DNA from: Octopus vulgaris | Taxonomy: Eukaryota | Length of the DNA stretch: 64,000 bases | Direction: 5' to 3' | NCBI GenBank assembly: GCA_951406725.2 | Contig: OX597832.1 | Location: 3,162,001 to 3,226,000, forward strand | Shown: positions 12,687 through 25,400 of the stretch, piece by piece | Position numbering within the stretch: the stretch's first letter is position 1 | Layout: each line of letters begins with the position of its first letter | Made by a program: the position numbers and the translations under genes | Notes under the pieces: generated by a model | What the model saw: the letters and a program-made list of their open reading frames with translations, nothing else | Databases searched by the model: none | What the model was told of the DNA's origin: nothing

Positions 12687-13779
12687 CCTCATCTTATAAA
12701 ATGTGGCCCCAGTAGACCCAAATGAAATTGGGTTATATTAACCAAAATGTGAAAAGGGGTCTAAATGGGGCTGGAAGGGGATTAAAATTTAAAGGAGCGG
12801 GTGTTTAGCAATTCTCTGTTACATCAAGCTAAAAAATTTGCGCCAGCCTTTTAATCGTCAATGTGTTGCTGTCCATGATGAAGAAGTTTTGAATGCTTGC
12901 CATCGTGAGTCTACTGTCGTGAGAAAGAATCAATTCAAAACTTGGTTTTTTGGGATTTTCTTTTACATCAAGTTCAAAATTTTATGCCAGCCGTTGAACT
13001 GTCAATACGTTACTGTCTGTTGTTAGGAAATGCCAGCCATGGTGACTCTACTATCCTCAAATTCTATCCCTTCAAACTTTGGTTTCCAATATTTTATTAT
13101 TTTTATTCAGCTCGCAAGTTCGTCTGTCCCTTTTAAATGTTAGTGTTTTGCTGTCTGTCTTGAAACAGACCTTTCCGTTGTTACTGCCTGATATTTATGA
13201 TTGATCTTTCTAAATATTTTCTTTCTCAACTTACTCAAGATCTTTTGTTGTTTATAAATGGGAGAGAGACAGATAAAGATAGAGAGTAAGAGAAAGCGAG
13301 GGAGAGTCCGAGAGAAAGAAAGAGTAAGAGAGTGGGAAAGTGAGAGAGAAAGGAGAAAGAAACAAAGAGGAAGAATCATCATCATCATCATCGTTTAACG
13401 TCCGTTTTCCGTGCTAGCACGGGTTGGACAGTTTGACAGGGGTCTGGGAAGCCAGGAGGCTGCACCAGGCTCCAGTCTGATCTGGCAGTGTTTCGACAGG
13501 TGGATGCCCTTCCTAACGCCAACTACTCTGTGAGCGTAGTGGGTGCTTTTTTCGTGCCGCCTGCACAGGTGCCAGGGGGGCTGGCAGCGGCCACGATCAG
13601 TTGGTGCTTTTTACGTGCCACCAGCACAGAAGCCACTCAAGGCGGTGCTGCAATCCGCCACGTTCGGATGGTGCTTTTTATGTGCTGAAAGGAAGCAACA
13701 GAAAGTAACAACCACACTCTTACCCACGCGTAGAGTGGGTCACCTTCAGCTAGTATATATATACATACACACGCACATA

Positions 13780-13940
13780 TATACGATGGGCTTCTTTTAG
13801 TTTCTCTGTACCAAATCCACTCATAAGGCTTTGGTTGGCCTGAGGCTATAGTAGAAGACACTTGCCCAAGGTGCTATGCAGTGGGACTGAACCATGTGGT
13901 TGGTAAGCAAGCTACTTACTACACAGCCACTCCTGCGCCT
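13780..13940 (-). mobile_element. tRNA-headed SINE 5' part
   Basis: The minus strand begins GGCGCAGGAGTGGCTGTGTAGTAAG...GGTTCAGTCCC. Same family at 33000-33145(+), 41245-41400, 47400-47565, 59410-59560 and 61880-62020. Confidence 0.8.
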
Positions 13941-14299
13941 ATACCTGTGTATGCATTTTCAGCATGTACACATGATTGTTGACTTTCACATATCTTATAC
14001 ATTTTGTGGAATTTCATGTATCTTGCACATATTTTTTACATGTTTTATTTTACTTATTTTTTTTTACACATGTTTTAAAATGAAGTTTAAAATTTTGGTG
14101 TTGATGAATGATAAGCCTGTGTATATCATATAATGTCCTAGATATATATAATGCTGCTTGTATATTTGTGTGTTGAGGGAGCTCAGCAAGAGGGCATGTA
14201 TCTTTTATGCATAAAATTCATATGATATATATAATTAATGTTCATGTTCAGAGAAGAAAACCTATCCAGGTTTGAAGTGGGGAGGTTCCCTTAGAAATA

Positions 14300-14505
14300 T
14301 CAGAATGTAAGATATTGCTTATGCATGCTGGGAGAGAATGTTTCATCCATAATATTTAATATATTAGCTTTTGATTGGATGATGCCTAGCTTTTCAGTAA
14401 TGCAAAGCTCACATATGGTGCTCCAGCCCCTATATTTGTTGGCTTTAGTAATAATGCTTTGGTTTATCTGGGAGTTGCTTACTCCTCTTTCTTTCAGTAT
14501 TGATA
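14300..14505 (-). mobile_element. Penelope GIY-YIG C-terminal relic
   Basis: IITKANKYRGWSTICELCITEKLGI..ILN..SPSMHK aligns by eye with LLQKARSYTGGHTCCNLCISESLEI..LLN..PNCMHK of 337-837. Confidence 0.75.
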
Positions 14506-14506
14506 T

Positions 14507-17500
14507 TGTGTCAGATAAGGCACATAAGATTTTAATGAAGTGGAGTTTAGCAATGTATTCACAAACGTAACTTCCAGCTATCAGCACACAAGACTCCAAT
14601 ATCTTCTTACTGTCTTAATGAGACGTGTTACTCTTTAAAAGAGTTTGACAAGTCCACCTTTAAATTACTCACGAGTGTTAATAGCTATCACCACATCTCT
14701 CCTCTTGAGATTGACTTTCCTCAGAAGCTTAAATTTTTTTTTTGTTTTGGAACTACTACTAACTCGTTTTCTTTTTCTTGTACTGTACACCTTGGTTCAA
14801 CGATTTCTTGTGGAGTCAGCATGTCATCGTAGAGAACTTCCATGGATACATCTTTCCTTGTAATCCTTTCTTCAGCAAACGCTTTCAGCTGATCCATGTC
14901 TTCTATGTTCCCATTTTGAACCTTTCACCATGTACATCATTTTAACGTGTTTTATTATTTCATCATCTTCCCAACCTTCTTTTCTATTTCAGTACACTCT
15001 TAAAACACCTCATCACCAGTTTTTAAATACTTGATTGCATTTAGGTGTTTTCACCAGTTTTTTTTTTCTAGGTAATATTTGTCAAAAACTGACCTAATTC
15101 TCTTACAAACATCAGTTCAGCAGGCAGCATGTCTGAATGGGTATTTGAGTTTGGCATTATAGTGTAAATTCTCAGGAATTGTTGCAATGCTATATTATCC
15201 ACTATCTCATTTCTGGATTTCACTAGTGCCCTTTTGAACATGTCCACAAAATTTTCAGCTTGTCTGTTTGATCTCGAGTGATATGGAGGAGTAGTGATAT
15301 GTTCAATTGAGAACATCTTGCAAAATTTCTTAAATTCACTTGCAGTAAACTGTGTACTGTTATCAAAGACTATGATGTCCTGAACACTATAACTTGCTAA
15401 AAGTTCATATAGAAAATCCTCTGTTACCATGGAGGTCAGTTTTCTACATTTACACATTTCTGGAAATTTTGTAAAGCTATCTACTACTATTAGATAATAT
15501 GATTTGTTTAATGGTCCTGTGAAGTCATTTGCATCCTGTTCCATGGAATATCGGTCTTGGGCCAAGGTTGAAATTTTGTAGGTGGTGATTTTGCTGCAAG
15601 AACATAATCTCTACCAGATTTTATCAACTTTTCAATATCTAGATCCATTTTTGGCCAGTAAACACAACTCCTCATAAGCGACCTCATCCTAGGATGCCCG
15701 GTTTGGAATTCCTTTAACATTCAATTTTGTTGTGAGACCTTCTGTGCATACATAAAGGCACACTATCACATATCGAATACAAGTTCAAAACTGTGTTATG
15801 TATTTTTTTATTTGTTTCTTCTTCTATTGTTTTCATTTTCATGATAAACTCATCAGTCTCTGCCTTAATTTTTATTTCCTCCAATGTAGCAGGCAATTAA
15901 TGCTCAATGTTGTATAATATACTTTTTATTTTATTTTCAGCTCTTATCACCGCTATCACTGTTTTTGTTTGTGGTTCACTGTATTTTGGTATTAACTTTG
16001 AGAAGCCATCTCTATGTCCTAATTTTTTAGATGGCAAATATTCCATCTTGAAGTCATAATTCAGTTGGATTGTTTCCCAGTGCTGCAATCTGTTGGCTCT
16101 ATGTGTAGGAATACCTTTTTTTGATCTATAGATCAACAATAATGGGTGGTGGTCTGTATGCAAATGGTATCTTCTTTTATGTATAAAGTTATGGAATTTC
16201 TTTACCACAAATATGATGGCTACTACTTCCTTCTCTATTTCATTGTACCTTTTCTCAACCAGCAATAAGGAACATAAAGCATGAGCTACATCTTTTACAC
16301 TACCATCTTCATATTTGGGTAAAATCACAGCTCCAGTACCACTTTCACTAGCATCTGATACCACTACCCTCTCTAAATTTGAGTCAAATTTGATAACAAT
16401 TCTAACATTAAGATGTTTTTATTTTCTGAAAAAGCTTTTTGGCACTTGTCTGACCAGTTCCACTTAACGTCATTTTTTAACAAGTTATTCAAAGGTGCTC
16501 TAAAATCATGCATATTTGGTATGTATGCTTGGCAGTAATTTGCAAGCCCTCAAAATGCTTGTATTGTAATGTTTGTTGGGGAAAGCATATTTTTTATTGC
16601 ACTCACCCTTGATGGGTCTGGTCATCGATAATCTGCCCTAGATATTTTATTCATGGTATACAAAATTCACATTTTTCCTTGCTGAGCTAAACCATAATCT
16701 TTTATTTTTTCGAAGATCTTTTTAACATGCTCAGCATTCTGACCATGAGATTCACTTTTTATGAGTATGTTGTCAAGGTAAGCTATTGTAAAATCGAAAC
16801 TTGCAAGCATAGTGTCAATAACTTGTTGGAAAATACCTGGTGCTACCCTTGTACCAAAAGGAAGTTGATTAAATTTATACAATCCTTTATGGATAATTAT
16901 TGATAATAATTTTGAATATTTCTCATCAACTTGTACCAACAGTGTTGTAAGGAATTAGTAATAATGGTACATCCCTCCTGCATGTTGAATGGAATAACAT
17001 AGTCACTATAAATAGGAGAGTATGAGAGAGTACATAGTAGGCAGTCAGAAATAGTCATGTCTTTACTGGTTTTACTAAGTATACTGTATACTGAAATGGG
17101 TGTTAAATCAATCCAACAAAATAAGGGTAGAACAGTGGCGACAAGGATTTTAACAACTCGCAAGGAATTAAGAAACTTGAAGAGGAGTTAATAAACTCAC
17201 AAAGTTATGTTGTGTGAATTTTATGAAGAAAATAAATGTGAAAATTATGGAAAATCTGTGAGCTGGTTTGTTCAAGTTGCAAAAACAGCAGCACCAACAG
17301 CAACAATTACTATTACAGCAACAAATGCTGCAATTAATGAAGTTGTCAGGAAATTCGGAAAAGGTTTTCTCACCAAACTATGTCACAAACTCCAGAGTTC
17401 AAATATGACCCAGATGAAGCATATCACAGAAAATATGAGCAAATCTTCAAGAAAGAATGTAAAGATTGGGATGATGAGATGAAATCATGCTTAATCTTGA

Positions 17501-20500
17501 GAAAACTGGTGGTAACAGGACATGAACAATACAGTAATTATATACTCCCAAGAAAATGTTTGGACATAAACTTTAATGACACAGTAGATATATTGTGTAA
17601 AATTTTGAGTGAAAAAAGCTCATCGTTCAACACACGTTGGAAGTGTTTGAACGTAGAGAAAGACAATGATGAGGACTACATTACATATGCTGGTAGAGTA
17701 AACAGGGAATGCAAGGTAGACAAATTAACACTAGATTTGTTCAAATGCCTACTTTTTACACAGGGACTAACTGCCGAAAAGGATGCAGAAGTTAGAACTA
17801 GAATTTTTAAAAAGCTGGAACAAAACCAGGATGTAACCCTACAGCAAGTGTCAGAAGAATGTGAAACGATAGTCAGATTAAGACACAACACAGAGAAAAT
17901 TGAATGTAAATATTATTTCCAAGTAAAACAAATAGTCAGAATAGTGATGAAGTGATGAAACATGACAAAAATCCGGAAATAAACCCATGTTGAGGAAAAA
18001 TTGTTCATTTAAAAAAGTGAAGTGCTTTCATTGTAGTAATATTGGATAAAATAAAGACACACAGTTGAATGAAGATGATAAAACATTGGAACAAAGGAAA
18101 AAGAATAAATAGTATGTCATCGGAAGAAATTTGTAATATAATGATGAGGAAATTCATGAATGTGAAAATCAGAAATTCAGGTGTTAAAATGAAATTAGAC
18201 ACTGGAAGTGATATCACCATTATAAACAAAAAAAAACTTGGAAAGATGTCAGTAAGCTGAAATTAAGATAGCACATGGTGTTACAGGAAAAAGATTATAT
18301 TTTTTTGGTGAATTCGTATGTAATGTAACATTTTGAGGTCAAACAAAAAAAGCAAAGATACGTTTTAAAAAGTTCATTTAATTTATTTGGTATAGAATGC
18401 ATGAAACTTTTCAAAGTATGGAATATGCCCATAAGTGTTTTGTGTGGAAATACAGTTGGTTCAGTTAAAGGTTCAAAAGCGGCCGAGGGAGTGAAACAAA
18501 AAATTGCAGTAAAACTGAGTGGAATACCTGTAGGTGAGCCAAAACAAAATGAAAAATTGTCTATGATAAAAAGTAAACATCATTCAAAAGTAGATGTTCC
18601 ATGGTCAAGACTACACATCGATTTCGCTGCTCCTTTAAATGGTTCTTACTACTTAATGGTAGGTGATAGCTTCTTGAAATGACCTGAAATTTGCAAGTGT
18701 AAAAAAACCAACCTCCTCAACTGTGATAAATTTTTTACTCCAATTGTGTGCAAGATTTGGCATCCCAGACTAGATAGTGTCTGACAATGGAACACTATTT
18801 AAGTCTAGCAAATTTTTAAAATTTTGTAAAACATTCATGGTAGAACATATAACCATGGCGCCATACTACCCCAGATATAATGGACAGGCAGAATGCTTTG
18901 TTGATACCTTCAAAAATCCCTTAGAAAATCGAATAAGGAAGTCACAGATGTGACAACAATTTTTAAGAGTGTACCATGTGACACCAAAGAGTACCACGTG
19001 ACACCAAAGAGTACCATGTGACACCAAATTCAAATGTGACACAGAATCCATGTAGTTCACCAGTGGAGCTGGTGTTTGCAAGGAAAGTAAAATCAGTTTT
19101 TTTATAAATTGCTACCTGGCAAGAAAATAAAAAGTGCAAGAGAAGGCATAGCAAGATTCTTTAAAGTTGGTGAAAAGGTGTATATGAGAGTATACAAGAA
19201 TGGAAAGCAGAGTTGGAAAGATGGCATAATTACCAAATGCATTGGTAAAAAGTGGAAAAGATATACAAGAGAGATACAGGAACCAACTGAAAAAGAGATT
19301 TGTGGAAAGTGAACCAAAGAAGTTGGAGGAACTGATGTAATGGTTGAACAATACGTTCCAAGTACCAATGCAAGTGATTGAACCCAGGTGTACAAATGAG
19401 AGGAAGAGTAAACATAGAGTTCCTGAAAATAGATTCCAAGTACAAAAAATATTAAACTGTATGAAAAAAGCCCAAGAAAGGAAGGTAGGGTAGGTAAAAA
19501 ATATTATTGCTAAATAAAATGACACTTCCTAAGAAAAACTTACAGAGATGTCGTAAGGAATTATTAATAATGGTACACCCCTCCCATGTGATGAATGGAA
19601 TAACCTAGTCACTATAAACAGGAGAATACAGTACAAGAGAGTACATAGTAGGCAGTCAGAAATAGTCATGTATTTACTAGTTTTACTAAGTAAATACTGT
19701 ATACCAAAGTGGGTATTATATCAAGCCAACATTTTAAGGATTATAACAAACAAGTATGCTTCAGATAGGTCCAACTTCAAAAAAAATTCTCTTTGATTCA
19801 ACTTTTCTTCTGGACTTGATAACAGGTAATTATATGGCATCAAGCGTTCATTTAATCCTGTTGAAAAATCAGGATATACATAGATTTTATTATTTTTTCT
19901 TGACATAAACTATTGGGGACGCCATTCACTGCAATCAATATTTTCAATAACCTCAAGCTTTTCAAGTCCATCCAATTAACTTGTTTCAACGCTGCAAAAG
20001 GTACAGTCCTTTTTGGTTGAAATATCAGTAAAAAATTTTCTTTTACGTGAAACTTTGCCTTTGTTTTGGTGCAAAGATCTATTTTATCTGCAAAAACTTA
20101 AGGAAAAATCTTTTTTAATTCTTTTTTTTTTCCTTCTGACACCTTATTTGTACTGGCTGAAAAATGATCCACATTTTCACAAAATAATATATGAGGAGGT
20201 TCCATAAGTTAAATAATTTCATCCAACCTGTTCCAAATAAATTTGTCATATTATTCAGCTCAAAAACTTTGGCTCTTAAGGTTTTTCCAATTAAAATGCA
20301 ATTTTTTTCCTGAAACACCACATGCAATTTCCACCTAGGTTTTCTGATTTTACTCTACATATCTGCATTAATTATTATGATATCACTGCTCATATCCTAT
20401 TGTAACTTGATATTCACATTATTAATTTTTACAAACACAAATTTTCTTTTCTGAGCCTCATTTAGATTTTTTATTGATAATACTTTCTTACCAGAATTTT

Positions 20501-21105
20501 TTTGTTCAACCCTTTTTTGTGTGTTTTGCTCTACAATGTGAGCTTTTATGTCTGCTTTTTCCACACTTAGAACATTTTAGATTTTTAAAAGACAGTTACA
20601 TTGAAAATATAAGCCTCCACACCCATAGCATGGATTGTGTCTTGATATTTGTTTTTCTATTTTCTTATCCATTATAGACTGACATGCATGAATATGAGGC
20701 CAATCTTTTTCTTCAACCATATCAGCATCATATCTCAAATTTATAATCTTCTGGCATTCCTCTGCTACTGAATGTAGAGTTAATTTTTGGTCCTGTTCTA
20801 ATTTTGTTAATATTCAGGAATGTATATTTGTATCTTTGCTTGCAGTTAGCCCTTGAGCAAAAATTAGACTTTTGAACATGCCTGGGGTTAATTAATTTAA
20901 TTTGAATTTTTCACATTCTCTATTCACAACCCCAGCATAGGTAACAAAATCTTCATCTTTCTTTACCAAATTTAAACACTGCCAATGAGTATTGAACAGG
21001 GAACTTCTTTCACTGAAAATTTTTGATGAAATGTTGTTTCATCAAAACAAATCTCACCTGGTTTCATCATCATCATCATCATCATCGTTTAGCGTCCGTT
21101 TGAAC

Positions 21106-21138
<33 letters not shown>

Positions 21139-21702
21139 ACCAGGTGAGATTTGTTTTGATAATTACAATATTTTTTGTGTTCAGTTAAAAGTAGTTGCAC
21201 TGTTTTCTTGTCAGTCCAATTGCTACATTTTTCTTTGAAGGTTTCTTCATATCTTTGAAAATATGCAGAGAAAGTAATAACCTTCTATTGTATTATGAAC
21301 AAACTCTCCAACCAAGTTTACCATGACGTCCAGCGTGAACAACCCTGAAGTACTTTCAGACTTCTTCAACATTAATTCCCGCAAGTGTTGCTGTTGTGCT
21401 GATGCAGATGCTGCTGCTGCTGTTGTAACTGCACCATGCAGGCCAATAAATCCTTCTTGTTAAAGATTATTTCTTTGGTTTCATACCATAAATTTGGATT
21501 GTCCAATGCAAGCTTTGAATATCTTGTTGCTACTTTTATATTCTTTCATTGTAGATATATGATTTTAATGAAGTGGGGGGGGGGTGAAGCAATGTATTCA
21601 CAGACGTAACTTCCGACTACTGACTCTAGCACCTACACACTCTTTATAAGAGTTTGACAAGTCCACCTTTTAATCACACGGATGTTAATGTCTATCACCA
21701 CA
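14507..21702 (-). mobile_element. Degraded Ty3/Gypsy element, interrupted by a nested Gypsy
   Basis: LTR pair ~14525-14695 and ~21555-21702, with a PPT next to 14696. Gag ~21450-20500, RT split LKLDLSEAYL (19750-19790) | VQVDEK..PFG..YLDNILI (16667-16939), RNase H SDAS (15897-16364), integrase (15068-15720). Confidence 0.88.
16943..19748 (+). mobile_element. Nested non-autonomous Gypsy derivative (gag-protease-integrase relics, no RT/RNase H)
   Basis: LTRs 16943-17134 and 19549-19748 (TG..CA), PBS GTGGCGAC, TSD AACAG/AACAA. Gag 17380-17955, protease MKLDTGSDIT, then directly PWSRLHIDFA integrase. Confidence 0.88.
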
Positions 21703-21821
21703 ACAGTGTGTAATGTGTGTAATGTGATGCCTGCAATGAAATGTATGTCAGCTGGATGTATCTATGCATAAAAATTGTTTATCTGTGAATGTTTACATTC
21801 TGTCCTTGGTAATAAAAGGCT

Positions 21822-22185
21822 GTGGAGGTGCAACGGCCCAGTGGTTAAACCAGTCGACTTGCGGTTGTAGGATCAGGGTTTCAATTCCCAGACCGGACGT
21901 TGTGATTGTTTTTTGATCAAAAACACCTAAAGCTCCGGCAAGGGGTAGTGGTGAACTCTGCTGTACTCTTTCACCACAGCTTTATCCCACACTTTCTTCC
22001 TGTTTCTGTTGTACCTGTATTTCAGAGGGCCAGCCTTGTCACACTCTGTGTCATGCTGAATCTTCCCAAGAGCTACGTTAAGGGTATATGTGTTTGTGAG
22101 TGCTCAGCCACTTGCACATTAATTTCACAAGCAGGCTGTTCTGTTGATCGGATCAACTGGAAGCCTAATTGTTATAACCAACTGA
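21822..22185 (+). mobile_element. tRNA-derived SINE
   Basis: A box CGGCCCAGTGG and B box GGTTTCAATTCCC. Homologous to 3863-4167. Confidence 0.8.
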
Positions 22186-22485
22186 GTGCTACCAATGAAA
22201 AACCATTGAGCTACAAAATATGAGGTTTGCTGACATTCTCTGTTGGAAACTTCTATGCTAGCTCCTTGCATTTGATTTGAAAAACAGATAAAGTTAATGA
22301 CTAGAAGGGCATCTAATGTAAAACACTTCCACAGCAATGTGTAAAGATATGTAAAATGAATGAAGATATGTTAATATATATATAGGATGCTGGTGTTAAT
22401 TAAATACTGTTTGGAGAATGTCGACATTTGTAAAATCATTGAAATTGTGTTACCTAATTGTATACCTGTCTTTCTTGCAGGAATA

Positions 22486-25400
22486 ATGGACAACAATGGT
22501 AAACGGTCAAAAAGACCTCATAAAAAGCAATCAACAAAAACAAATTATAATGGATCAAACCAAAATAGTTCTGGGAAAGATAATGCAGTACGATTTCATA
22601 AAAGTCTACAATCAACTTCAATTGCTTCTGGTGGAAAGCAACATAAAACTGAAAAGTTTAAAACAAAACGGAAAAATTTTCCTGATTTTAGAATTCGTTG
22701 TCAGACATCTGCAAGATCCATTGTGTGTTCCAAACACAGAATATGTTGTTTAAACTTGAAATTATTTCAAGACCTGATTGAGAAGGATGCAAGCAGTATT
22801 TGTCTACAGTTGGGATCCTGTGAAGAATGCTTCAAATACTTTCTCAATAAACCAATTGATCTTCACACAACAACATTGTTTTTGAAAGTCTTGAGACAAA
22901 GTTTGAAATCTTTCACACTAAAGGAAATGAACAACAAACATCTGTCACTAATGATGTATTCCACATTCTTTGATCATATCAATGATGTAATTATTGCCAT
23001 AAGAGACATAAATGACAAAGAAAAAGACTTCTTAACTGAAATATTAAATATATTTAAAATAATTCTAACACTTACTCCCAGCCATTATGTAAAAGTCATG
23101 CAAACTGTTGGCATTATAGATATTGCTGTTCAAGATCCTGATTCAGAACTTAATTTGAAAATGAAAGAACTACAAAATCTTTTACAATCTATCAGTTCTG
23201 AACATGCACCTAGATACAGGCAGAGCAGAACAGATTCTTCATATAGTATTGTGGATGATTTTAGGAATCTAAAACTGATTCCCACAGTAGGAGAGATTAT
23301 TTCAAATAAGAAACCTATCCTCCATAAAAATATAAAAAAAGGTGCTTATGAAAATCTTGACCATTATCTGGACGTACAGTTCCGTTTGTTACGCGAAGAT
23401 TTTGTTGGTCCATTACGTAATGGCTTAGCTTTATTCATTGGTGATAAGAAAATACTGAATGATAAAAAAAATGATGACTTTTATATTTATCATAAAGTAT
23501 ATGTTATAGATTGGGTAACAACTAAGAATGGCGTTCAATATAAAGTATCATTTGATGTTTCTAAATTCTCAAATATCAATTGGGAACAGAATAAAAGATT
23601 TATATTTGGGTCACTTCTCTGTTTGTCTGAAGACAATTTCATAACTACTTACTATGCTACTGTTTCTGATAGGAATTCAGAAGAATTGCAGCAAGGAATT
23701 GTTACAGTGAACTTCTTTCCTGATGTTAAATTGAATATGGTGATAAATAAGCAATTTGTTATGGTTGAATCAAAAGCTTTTTATGAAGGATATCGACCTA
23801 TTTTGATGGGTTTAAAGGAAATTGTTTCTTGTGATTTACCTTTCAAGGATTATATTTTATATGCTGATAAAAATGTGAAGGCTCCAAAATATTTGACAGC
23901 TTGTAGCCCTGTCTTTGATTTATCTTGTCTCACTGATAAATCCAAACTTGTTTATGATTATTCCACCAAAACTATTAAAGTTCAGAGAACCTCTTCAACT
24001 GCCATTAAGGTTGATGTTCTAGGTAACAGCTGGCCAGAAGCAGTGTCACTGAATTTCAATGATTCTCAGTTAAGTGCATTTTCCAATATTTTATCCAAAG
24101 AATTCTCTCTTACACAAGGTCCACCAGGTACAGGAAAGACTTATATTGGTCTTCAGACAGTCAAGGTTCTCTGTAGCAACCATGAGAAATGGTGTGGCAA
24201 GCCAATGCTGATTGTATGTTACACAAACCATTCTTTGGATCAGTTTCTTGAAGGTATTGATAAGTTTTTAGATGGAGGTATTGTTCGAGTTGGAGGACGA
24301 AGCTCTAGTGAAATTCTTAAAAAATATTCTCTGCATCAAGTAAAATTAGACAATGGATTTCCAAGGACTAGAGAACTGCAGACAAACAGAGATCATGTAT
24401 ATACTGAAATAACTGCACTTGGGCATCAAATTGAAGACAAAACTATTTGTTTTCAGACTTTAAAGCATAAAATCATTCCTATTGAAATACTTCGGCCATA
24501 CATGCGTCACTTTTATAATTTGTTGACAGAAAGTTTTCAAAAGAACATGGTTGGAAGTAATTATATGATGGAGGAATGGTTAGGTTTTCAAAATGTCACA
24601 GTTGAAGAAGAAAATAGCTTTGAAAGAGTAGCTCATAATGATGAAGTTATTGATGACTCTGATGTTGAATTTCTTCAAAATAATCGTATGCTTGATACAG
24701 ATATTGAAGATTTAAGTCAAGCAAAATGTAAAAGAAATCCTGTCTCTGATGAAACAAAAGAAAGTGATAATTTAAACAATACAGATGGATTTGAAAGAAC
24801 AGCAAAAGATAAGAAAAAATTGCAAAAGAGATTCAAAATGGAATTAAAATCTACAGAGATAATGTCTGTTGAAGAAATTGATTCAATCAGTTATATTGAT
24901 TTGTGGATAATGCCTGTTTCCAAACGTTGGTGCCTTTATCGTTATTGGGTATCTCTCTATTCTTCAAAATTATTAGAAGACATTTTTGAATTAACAACAG
25001 AGTACAACATGGCTGCAAAGAGATTGGAAGAGCTGAGATATGAAGAAGACAAAATCATCTTTCAGAATTCTTTAATCATTGGAATGACGACTACAGGTGC
25101 TGCTAGATATCGAGCAATTCTTCAAGAAATCCAGCCACGAATTATAATTGTAGAGGAAGCAGCAGAAATTCTTGAGGCTCATATTATAACAAGCTTAAAT
25201 TGCAAGTGTGAACAACTTATTCTTATTGGTGATCACAAACAACTGCAACCATCTACAAATGTCTATAAACTTGCAAAACACTACAATTTGGAAATTTCTC
25301 TCTTTGAACGCATGTTTAATAATGACATCGAAGTGAAATGCCTTAACTTTCAACATCGCATGCGGCCTGAAATTGCAGAACTGGTTCATCCAATTTATCC

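Noticed and set aside
14101-14140. TTGATGA-ATGATA..TATCAT hammerhead-like relic near a GIY-YIG fragment
   Set aside because: GAAA and stem I are missing, so it is too degenerate to call.
22387-22485. N-terminal extension MLVLIKY.. of the 1734-aa ORF
   Set aside because: A strong splice acceptor ends at 22480, so the extension is likely intronic. The ORF's terminal K-stop reads through the donor site.
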